Positions 52,752 to 60,480 of a DNA stretch of 64,000 nt are shown here, in pieces. A program made the position numbers and the translations under genes. Every line of letters begins with the position of its first letter. Position 1 is the first letter of the stretch. Below the pieces are notes generated by a model. It was not told the DNA's origin and did not search any database. It worked only from the letters and a program-made list of their open reading frames with translations. The stretch spans positions 2,410 through 66,409 of the forward strand of contig ONEJ01000017.1 of the NCBI GenBank assembly GCA_900316805.1. Direction: 5' to 3'. Source of the stretch: an uncultured Lachnospiraceae bacterium (GTDB lineage Bacteria > Bacillota > Clostridia > Lachnospirales > Lachnospiraceae).

Positions 52752-53261
52752 CTATGATCTTTTCTCTGCCAGCACCATGCCGATGCTTCTGCCTTCGACC
52801 TTCGGTGCTTTCTCCACTACTGCCACATCGGAGAGATTCTCAGCGATGTCATCCAGAATATGCTTGCTGCTATTCATATGAGCCATCTCACGTCCGCGGA
52901 AGCGAAGTGTGACCTTCACCTTATTGCCCTTGGATAAGAACTTTCTTGCAGCATTCATCTTCGTATTCAAATCATTCGTATCAATGTTCGGTGAAAGACG
53001 AATCTCCTTGATCTCGACGATCTTCTGCTTCTTTCTGGCATCCTTCTCTTTACGAGCCAGCTCGTAACGGTACTTGCCATAATCGATCACCTTACATACA
53101 GGCGGCTTGGCATTCGGCGCGATCTTTACCAGGTCGAGTCCTGCATCATCAGCAATCTTCTGTGCCTCTCTCGCGGAAACGACACCGATCTGCTCTCCAT
53201 CCGGTCCGATCAGACGAACCTCCCTGTCTCTGATTTGTTCATTAATCATTAATTCGCTAAT
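52752..53261 (-). CDS. infC: Translation initiation factor IF-3 (ATT start)
   Basis: [30 protein letters not shown]; in-frame ATT at 53261, 9 nt after GGAGG. Confidence 0.96.
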   Translation of the reverse strand: MSELMINEQIRDREVRLIGPDGEQIGVVSAREAQKIADDAGLDLVKIAPNAKPPVCKVIDYGKYRYELARKEKDARKKQKIVEIKEIRLSPNIDTNDLNTKMNAARKFLSKGNKVKVTLRFRGREMAHMNSSKHILDDIAENLSDVAVVEKAPKVEGRSIGMVLAEKRS

Positions 53262-53276
53262 GGTCTTATACCTCCA

Positions 53277-53395
53277 AAAAAATAGTGGATAGGCAGACTA
53301 TCCACTATTACATCTAACATTCTAATACATGTTAAAGGTATGAACACTAAGTCGCCTAATTGCGCTTAGGTGAGAGTGGATACTCTACTTGTTTC
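53277..53395 (-). ncRNA. L20 leader (ribosomal protein leader/attenuator)
   Basis: AAGTAGAGTATCCACTCTCACC 5' motif and terminator stem AATAGTGGATAG/CTATCCACTATT upstream of infC. Confidence 0.75.
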
Positions 53396-53551
53396 TAACA
53401 ACTATTAGAGATTACCATATTTTTTTGTTGCTGTCAAGACATATATTCTGCTATTTTGCAATATTTTTATGCATACTTTTCTGTCGCTTGCTCCTATCAA
53501 CCAATATGCCTTTCCATGTCTGGTTTTCATGATAAGCTGTCTGAGCACTGA

Positions 53552-54859
53552 TTACAGATAGCTCGCTACACATATCGGCGTCCGGTAATAGGCGCTGGAA
53601 ATCTTGATTCCGGTTCTTGGATTACTGGCGTGAACAATCTGTCCATTTCCAATATAAATTCCCACATGCCCGATACTGCTGTCGCTGCCATAGAAGAACA
53701 GATCTCCCGGCTTTGCTTCGGAGGCGCTGATTCTTTTGCCGCATGCCGGCTGTGATGCTGCATGGTGAGGAAGCGAAATTCCGTAGTGAGCGTACACCTG
53801 CATAGTAAAGCCGGAGCAGTCGATTCCACCTGTCAGGCTTGTCCCGCCCCATACGTAAGGATTTCCTACAAACTGCAGTGCATACTGTACCAACGATACA
53901 CGGGTATCCGAATACCCTTCCCCCTTTTTCAATTCCTTGATGGACTGAGCCGTTGGAAGCTTCTCAGAAATATCAACATAATCGCCGGAAATATATCCCT
54001 TCTGATCATCGACTTCTACTTTATACCAGCCGTTCTTCTCTGCCTCAATCACAAGATCCTCGCCCTCTCCCACAAGGGTAAGTGTCGGGGAATCCAAAGT
54101 AGCTTTCTCCCTGACACGAAGAGTTGTGGTATTGACCGTTGCCACCTTAACGATTTCTTCTCTGGCAATTGCCTTCGCCTGCTCGCCGCGGATCAGGTAA
54201 TCGCCCCTTACATAGCCTTTTACCTTGCCGGATTCTATATGGTACCATTCCCCCTTTTTTCCAAGGATCTCACAGGCAGCATGCTTTGTCATCATTCCAA
54301 CCACCTTACTGTCTGTGGTTGCTTTGGCACGGACATTCAGGTTGCCCTCTCTCACGGCTGCGATTCCAATTTTTTTGAAGCCGCAGATGGTTTCGTCCTC
54401 TGCATTGTCTGAGGCCTGTGAGTCGGTTCCGGCTGATTCAGATCCCTTTCCGGCGTCTGCTGCATCGGATGCACTGCTCTTTCCTGCCACATTGTCTGTC
54501 GCATCGGATGCGCTGCTCTTTCCTGCCACATTGCCGGCTACGTTTATATTTCCTGCCTCTGCCGCATCGGTATCGCCGGTTCCCTGTCCAACAGTCTCCA
54601 GCTGATTCGGGGTAACAGCTATAACGGAATAATCATACAGCTGATCTGTCACACCTGCTGTTACATCTATTGCCTCTGCTTCACTGGCTCGAAGATCATT
54701 CGCCACACCTGCTGTCAGACCATCTGTCTCTCCAGTCTGACCGGATACCGCCCCCCTGCTTCCAGCGGACACGCCTGCATATACCGCACCGCCGGTAATC
54801 ACCAGCGAGAATGCCAATACAAGACCAAGTCTCTTCTTTATCAATTCGTTGAATTTCAT
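53552..54859 (-). CDS. NlpC/P60 (C40) cell-wall peptidase with two SH3b domains
   Basis: Signal/TM, NLNVRAKA and TLRVREKA SH3b, GNPYVWGG, DCSGF, HVGIYIG; start 54859 after GGAGG; TTGACA-17-TATACT promoter at 54911-54939. Confidence 0.9.
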   Translation of the reverse strand: MKFNELIKKRLGLVLAFSLVITGGAVYAGVSAGSRGAVSGQTGETDGLTAGVANDLRASEAEAIDVTAGVTDQLYDYSVIAVTPNQLETVGQGTGDTDAAEAGNINVAGNVAGKSSASDATDNVAGKSSASDAADAGKGSESAGTDSQASDNAEDETICGFKKIGIAAVREGNLNVRAKATTDSKVVGMMTKHAACEILGKKGEWYHIESGKVKGYVRGDYLIRGEQAKAIAREEIVKVATVNTTTLRVREKATLDSPTLTLVGEGEDLVIEAEKNGWYKVEVDDQKGYISGDYVDISEKLPTAQSIKELKKGEGYSDTRVSLVQYALQFVGNPYVWGGTSLTGGIDCSGFTMQVYAHYGISLPHHAASQPACGKRISASEAKPGDLFFYGSDSSIGHVGIYIGNGQIVHASNPRTGIKISSAYYRTPICVASYL

Positions 54860-54975
54860 AGAATCCTCCATTCGGATGTCGTATTTTGCTATATACTTAT
54901 AATTGTACAAAGTATAACAATCTTTTTTCATATTGTCAACACATTTATGTAACATTTCTGTAACATTATATTTTT

Positions 54976-55270
54976 CTATGCGCCCACGCCCCCTTCTTTT
55001 GTATCCATGGGCTTTTCCTTTTTGGGCGCTGGATACACATTTTTCTCTATGCGACCACGAAATTTCTTCTGTATCTTCGGTTTTCCTCTTTTTTGGGCTC
55101 TGACTATACATTTTTTTCTATGCGCCCATTTTGACATCCAGATTCCGATGAGGGGCAAGTATTTTGGGCGTATGGAAAATTTTATTACGCCAGTGCCCAT
55201 ATTGTATTCCCTAAATCGATTTCATCTGAAAATCATGGGCGTATAGAAAGGATCTTTTCCCCAGCGCCCA
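54976..55270. repeat. Array B: half unit plus four 35-bp palindromic units, 71-bp period
   Basis: Half unit ending 54986; units at 55023, 55094, 55165, 55236; 36-bp spacers. Confidence 0.92.
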
Positions 55271-55388
55271 TTTCGACTGCCATGATCAATTTCATAAAAA
55301 ATTGTGGAGCATGGAAAATGAAAAATTGCTTATGAATCAATTTTATTTGGAAAATCGTTGACGCATAGCTGATTTACAAATCTGTTTC

Positions 55389-56147
55389 CTACAAAAAATG
55401 ATGTTCAATTGTTTTCATGACATCCATTGGTCTTAAGGGATGATCATCATTTTCGGAAGTGAAAATCAAATTTCCGGAAACACGAAAATCATTTTCCAAA
55501 TACAGATTCATCTTCCAAATTGTTTTCCTTCGATAGTCCTTCTTGTCAATCAACCCTAAATGTTCCCAATAATAATATTCCCCCGTCTTCGGATGCCTGA
55601 TGGTAAAATCCGGAAAAATCTTTTCTCCCCCCAATTCCAAAACACATTCGTATCGGAAAGGAATTTTATGTTCACGCAGTGACATTGCAATCATTGCCTC
55701 TGACTTCGAACGGACACAAATACCAAAACCTGTTTCAAATACTAAGTGTTCCGGATATTGTTCACTTTTCTCATATGGGGAATTTGCCCAGTCTTGAAGA
55801 TCCTGGGATGTAGATTGAAAAGCAGGAAATAGCAGTTCCTGAAACGGACTGGATGCTCGTATCATATCTTCAGCAGCCTTCTCACGATGATGTCTCAAAT
55901 ACATCTCAATTGTATTCTTCTCGTGAATATCGTCTGCCAGCAAAGTAGTAAGATACCTTCTCTTTGCAAGTTGTTCCGCTAATTTTCGTTTCTTTTTGGG
56001 GAGATAGGTCTGAATTTGACCATCACTTTGATACCACTTGATGTGAGTTCCGTTTCTTCTACAGAAGAGTTTGCCCTCCGGCAATTCCTTTAATTGCTCC
56101 TGTATGGAGCGGATTTCTTTTTCAAGCCTCTGGTGCTCGAAAATCAT
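55389..56147 (-). CDS. Uncharacterised protein with C-terminal Vsr/DUF559-like (restriction-endonuclease fold) domain
   Basis: N-terminal coiled coil and LPEGKL..WY; VRSKSEAMIA..IPFRYE..PDFTI..YWEHLG..Y motif; start may be a non-ATG codon near 56162-56165. Confidence 0.75.
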   Translation of the reverse strand: MIFEHQRLEKEIRSIQEQLKELPEGKLFCRRNGTHIKWYQSDGQIQTYLPKKKRKLAEQLAKRRYLTTLLADDIHEKNTIEMYLRHHREKAAEDMIRASSPFQELLFPAFQSTSQDLQDWANSPYEKSEQYPEHLVFETGFGICVRSKSEAMIAMSLREHKIPFRYECVLELGGEKIFPDFTIRHPKTGEYYYWEHLGLIDKKDYRRKTIWKMNLYLENDFRVSGNLIFTSENDDHPLRPMDVMKTIEHHFL

Positions 56148-56305
56148 TTGTTCATTGACGATAATCTTCGCCCCCTTCTCTTATTTTTGCTTGTCCTGAT
56201 CACTTGCAGCGGTTCTATCTGATCAGCCCAACACCTTATCCAGGCAAATGCCTTATGCATATTAAAGCAGAATTATTCTCTTTTGTAAAGAACTTTTTCC
56301 ATATA

Positions 56306-56483
56306 TGGGCGCTAGCAACATATTTTTCCATATGCGCCCATTTTGACATCCAAATTCCGATGAGCGGGATATATTTTGGGCGCATGGATAATTTTATTAC
56401 TTCAGCGCCCATATTGTATTCCAAGATTCGATTTCATCAGAAAGTCATGGGCGTATAGAAAGTTTCTTTTCCCCATGCGCCCA
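56306..56483. repeat. Array C: three palindromic units, 71-bp period; diverged direct copy of 55094-55270
   Basis: Units at 56306, 56377, 56448; spacers match those of array B at 31/36 and 30/36 positions (hand count). Confidence 0.92.
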
Positions 56484-56620
56484 TTTCCAATTACTTCAAA
56501 GAAAAATAAACTTTCATTATGCTGCTCAATGTGATGTGCATGAAGGGAACACCAAATCTAAATAGTTCGCTTCTCTTCGTTCCATCCACACTCAATGAAT
56601 GAAAGGTTGCCCGGTAATGG

Positions 56621-57550
56621 TTACACCCCATCCATTCTCCTGCTGGTCTCAATATCCCGCTCCATCTGCGCCTTCAATTCCTCCACGGAGGCAAATTTCT
56701 GTTCCGGCCGGACAAATGTCAGAAAGCTGACGCGCAGAACCTGTCCATAAAGATCACCCTCGTAATCCAGAATATGGGTTTCCACATTCACCTTATGGTT
56801 GCTGCTGACAGTGGGTTTCTGTCCCACGTTGGTAACACCGGTGTAACTCCGACCGCCAATCACTACCCGGGTGACGTATACTCCCTTGGGCGGAAGCAGC
56901 TTCTCCGCGGGCAGTTCCATATTGATGGTGGGAATTCCAAGAGTTCGTCCCAGCTGTCTTCCGTGAATCACTTCGCTCTGGACAAAAAATGAATAGCCTA
57001 AAAGTTCATTGGCCGTCTGCATATTCCCTTTCAAAATCTCCTCACGGACATAAGTGCTGCTGATATCTCTGCCCTGATACTGCAGTTTTTCAACTACAGT
57101 CAGTTCATACCCATACTTCGGGGCAAGCTGTCCCAGCAATTCCCGGTCTCCCCGGCGGTTGTGTCCGAAGTGGAAATCCGTCCCCACCACAATGCTTTTT
57201 ACATGAAGATCCCGCACCAGCCAGGCCACAAAATCCTCCGGCTCCATGTGCATGACCTCCGGGGTAAAGGGACACTGCAGCAGATAATCCACCCCCCGCT
57301 GCTCCAAAATTGTCTGTTTCTCCAGGTTTGTGGTCAGCAGCCGGTAATTATGATTTTCCGTCAGTTTCTTTGGGGGGATGTCAAAGGTAAAAACAGCCGC
57401 CTTAAGACCCTGCCTCTTATCATGCATCAGTCTTGCAAGCAGTTCCTCGTGCCCCCGATGTACCCCGTCAAACTTTCCAAGAGAAAGTGATGTAGGCTCT
57501 TCAATATGAAATTCTTCGGTATTCTTATAGCAAATCATCGTTCTATTCAA
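56621..57550 (-). CDS. ribF: Bifunctional riboflavin kinase/FAD synthetase
   Basis: LGKFDGVHRGH, VGTDFHFG, ISSTYVR, GRTLGIPTIN, VETHILDY. Confidence 0.96.
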   Translation of the reverse strand: MNRTMICYKNTEEFHIEEPTSLSLGKFDGVHRGHEELLARLMHDKRQGLKAAVFTFDIPPKKLTENHNYRLLTTNLEKQTILEQRGVDYLLQCPFTPEVMHMEPEDFVAWLVRDLHVKSIVVGTDFHFGHNRRGDRELLGQLAPKYGYELTVVEKLQYQGRDISSTYVREEILKGNMQTANELLGYSFFVQSEVIHGRQLGRTLGIPTINMELPAEKLLPPKGVYVTRVVIGGRSYTGVTNVGQKPTVSSNHKVNVETHILDYEGDLYGQVLRVSFLTFVRPEQKFASVEELKAQMERDIETSRRMDGV

Positions 57551-57640
57551 AAAATCCTAACATACATTTATCTGTGTGGAAATTCAGCCTTCAGCTGGCA
57601 ATAAAATAATTTTTCTATTATCATTCTGAAGACGATTCCA

Positions 57641-58744
57641 TTACAAAAACATTTTCACAGGCTTATAATTCCCCTCTTCGGGCAGTTTCTGGTAGATGCC
57701 ACGGAAAATATTCTTGTCATCGTATACGCGAATCCAATTATTTTTATTGATAACATCAGCCGATTCCTGCGCTTGTTGTCCATGACTCACTGCATGCACA
57801 CCGCTCCGCTCCTGCCGGTTCTCATCCGCAATATTCTCAACGCTCTGCATACGTTCGCCTTCTCGCACTGTATCCGCAACACTCTTCTCTTGTCCGCATT
57901 CACTCACTACCTTCATAACGTCCCACACCGGCTGCTTCTGAAATTCCAAGTCACAACCAGCCGCAAAATCATCCTCTACCAGCCGATTTCCATTCATCAG
58001 AAGACGCACCGCTTCCGGTTTCACCTGTCGTCCCGGCAGCTCGGCAAACACCGTATCTACCGGCATCATAAGTTCATCCAAAGCCTCCCGGTCGCGGTAC
58101 TCTTCGATTTCTGCTAACGTATGGGCATTCTCCAATGTAAAGGCGCTGACTCTGGTGCGCACCAGAGCATCCATCCGGCCACCAACCCCAAGCTTCTCGC
58201 CGATATCAGCACAGAGGGAGCGGATATACGTGCCTTTGGAGCAGTGTACCCTCATGGTAACTAGAGGAAGCTCCATCTTTATGATATCAATGGAAAAAAT
58301 CGTCACTTTTCTGGCTTTCCGTTCCACCTCAACGCCCGCCCGGGCCAGATCACACAGCTTTTTGCCATTGACCTTCAAAGCGGAGTACATGGGTGGAACC
58401 TGCTCATATGTACCCACAAACTGCAAAACAGCCGCCCGAACCTCATCCTCTGTGAGTTCTGCGGCCGCAGCGGAACAATCAGTAAGCACTGTGCCGGAAG
58501 CATCCAAGGTATCCGTGGTCAGACCCAGATGAAGCACCGCTTCGTAGACCTTGTCCTTGTCTGTCAAAAGTGCACACACCTTCGTAGCATTCCCGACGCA
58601 GACCGGCAGTACACCTGTGGCATCAGGATCCAGTGTTCCGGTATGTCCGATTTTCTTTTCTTTCAAAATACCGCGGAGCTTTGCCACCACATCGAAAGAG
58701 GTAAAGCCCCGCTCCTTATATACATTGATAATTCCGTTTTTCAT
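57641..58744 (-). CDS. truB: tRNA pseudouridine(55) synthase with C-terminal insertion
   Basis: IGHTGTLDPDATGVL, QVPPMYSALKVNG, CSKGTYIRSL. Confidence 0.96.
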   Translation of the reverse strand: MKNGIINVYKERGFTSFDVVAKLRGILKEKKIGHTGTLDPDATGVLPVCVGNATKVCALLTDKDKVYEAVLHLGLTTDTLDASGTVLTDCSAAAAELTEDEVRAAVLQFVGTYEQVPPMYSALKVNGKKLCDLARAGVEVERKARKVTIFSIDIIKMELPLVTMRVHCSKGTYIRSLCADIGEKLGVGGRMDALVRTRVSAFTLENAHTLAEIEEYRDREALDELMMPVDTVFAELPGRQVKPEAVRLLMNGNRLVEDDFAAGCDLEFQKQPVWDVMKVVSECGQEKSVADTVREGERMQSVENIADENRQERSGVHAVSHGQQAQESADVINKNNWIRVYDDKNIFRGIYQKLPEEGNYKPVKMFL

Positions 58745-58764
58745 GTCCCACTTACCAACTGTTT

Positions 58765-59712
58765 TTAATCCATTCGTTTCATGATTTCCGCCAGCAGCGC
58801 CTCAATATTCTCCTCCTGGGTGCCGTACATGGTACATCCGGCAGCCTTCACATGACCGCCTCCATCAAAATGCATGGCAAGGCTTGCGGCATCAAAATCT
58901 CCGTTGACCCGAAAGCTTACCTTATAAGAACCGTCTTCATTTTCGTAGAGAAGCACAGCCAATTCCACACCTTTGGTAACCCGAAGCTGACTCACAATAC
59001 CTTCCATGTGTTTCGGAAGCACATCAAATTTCTGCATTTCCTGCCGGGTAATTGCACTGATGATACATCGACCATCCAGATACAGGCGGCTGTTCAGCAG
59101 TGCCTGCCCCATAATTTTGTTCTGATTGAAGGTCTTTTCATTGAAGGTCTTATCCACGATCCGTGGAAAATCGATTCCCTTATCCATAAGTATCCCAGCC
59201 ACATTCATGGTCTTGGAGGCTGTGCAGGAGTACTGGAAAACCCCTGTGTCATGTACGATTCCCGTATAAAGGCACTCTGCAATCTCTTTCGTGATACGAT
59301 CCGTATCCATCAATTCAAACACCAGCTCGCAGGTGGAACTGGCATCCGGAAAGATGTAATTTTCCTCAGCGAAGGCCTGATTGCTGACATGATGATCAAT
59401 GCAGAAGGTATGCTTTGCAGATTGGAAGTATTTTACTGCATTTCCGAGCCGTCTCTCATCGCCGCAGTCCAGCGAGATAAAGAGATCAAATTCGATTTCA
59501 TCCGTGTACTCGCTTTTGATTTCTTCTGAGCGCTGTAGGAACTTGAAAATATTCGGAATTGGCTCCAGATACAGCCGCACATCCACATCCGGGTAATAGG
59601 TCTTTATATAATTGTATACTGCCAGAGTGGAACCGGTGCAGTCACCGTCCGGGCGGACGTGTCCGGCAATTCCAACACTCTTTTTCCCTGCAAGAACTGT
59701 ATCAAGCCTCAT
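58765..59712 (-). CDS. nrnA: DHH-family oligoribonuclease/PAP phosphatase
   Basis: HVRPDGDCTGS, IDHH, DTGVF, GGGHVKAAG. Confidence 0.92.
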   Translation of the reverse strand: MRLDTVLAGKKSVGIAGHVRPDGDCTGSTLAVYNYIKTYYPDVDVRLYLEPIPNIFKFLQRSEEIKSEYTDEIEFDLFISLDCGDERRLGNAVKYFQSAKHTFCIDHHVSNQAFAEENYIFPDASSTCELVFELMDTDRITKEIAECLYTGIVHDTGVFQYSCTASKTMNVAGILMDKGIDFPRIVDKTFNEKTFNQNKIMGQALLNSRLYLDGRCIISAITRQEMQKFDVLPKHMEGIVSQLRVTKGVELAVLLYENEDGSYKVSFRVNGDFDAASLAMHFDGGGHVKAAGCTMYGTQEENIEALLAEIMKRMD

Positions 59713-59739
59713 GTTTTATAACTCCTTATCGCATATCCA

Positions 59740-59987
59740 TGGGCGATACGGAAAACTTTTTCTCGATGCGCCCACATTTTTCTCTTTTCACATCCAAAAA
59801 CACTGAATTTTGGGCGTTATAAAGGTATTTTTTCATATACGCCCATCATTTTACATATTTTTGGCCAAATATCTTCCTTCGTGGGCGTATAGAAAATAAG
59901 TTATTCATTCCGCCCATTTTTATAAAATATTCTGTGTTTCTTTATTCTCCTGTGGGCGTATGCAAAATAAATTATGTGTCCCGCCCA
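59740..59987. repeat. Array D: four 35-bp palindromic units, 71-bp period
   Basis: Units at 59740, 59811, 59882, 59953, each TGGGCG-N23-CGCCCA; 36-bp spacers. Confidence 0.93.
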
Positions 59988-60048
59988 AGAACCTACAACA
60001 TCTCACTTAGTATAGTGAAAAATAAGTTGCTAATACATTATTTGAGGT

Positions 60049-60444
60049 TCACTCAGATCCCCCGGTGCCTTCATCTTCCTCCGTACTTCGATTTCCCTTC
60101 GTTACCTCATCAATCATCTTCGACATATGAATGCCATACTCAATGGACTGATCCAGCACAAAGGTAATCTGCGGCGTATTGCGCAGGTTCACAGACTTTG
60201 CAAGACTTCTGCGGATGAATCCCTCCGCAGAACGCAGTCCGGCGATGGTGTCCTTCTGGGACTGCTCATCCCCAAGCACGCTGATATAGGCTTTGGCCGT
60301 CTTTAGATCCGGTGCTACCTCCACGGCAACTACCGAAGTCATGGGGTTAATCCGCGGGTCCTTAATTTCCCCGCGGATAATGTTGGACAGCTCCCGCATA
60401 ACCTCTTCATTAATTCGAATATTCTTAATACTGTTTTTTCTCAT
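60049..60444 (-). CDS. rbfA: Ribosome-binding factor A
   Basis: EIKDPRI, VAPDLKTAKAYIS, LRNTPQITFVLDQSIEYG. Confidence 0.96.
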   Translation of the reverse strand: MRKNSIKNIRINEEVMRELSNIIRGEIKDPRINPMTSVVAVEVAPDLKTAKAYISVLGDEQSQKDTIAGLRSAEGFIRRSLAKSVNLRNTPQITFVLDQSIEYGIHMSKMIDEVTKGNRSTEEDEGTGGSE

Positions 60445-60480
60445 TTTCTTTCCTATTCTGGCATTTTGCCGGCTTATATA

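Noticed and set aside
53259-53261. ATT start codon of infC as a novelty
   Set aside because: Well-established IF3 autoregulation
54455-54545. 39-bp tandem repeat (NVAGKSSASDA x2) in the NlpC/P60 linker
   Set aside because: Ordinary low-complexity linker duplication
54860-55111. N-terminal extension of the NlpC/P60 ORF
   Set aside because: Runs through array B and the promoter; RBS and signal peptide support a start at 54859
54976-56458. Short ORFs over the arrays (54976-55200, 55007-55246, 56204-56458, 56236-56424; also 13765-14094, 59559-59822)
   Set aside because: Shared peptides such as VIKFSIRP simply reflect the DNA repeat; the 71-bp period is not a multiple of three and RBSs are lacking
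54976-59987. Calling the 71-bp arrays CRISPR
   Set aside because: Repeat and spacer lengths are CRISPR-like, but unit interiors are highly divergent, polarity flips mid-array, arrays are short and dispersed, and no cas gene or leader is visible
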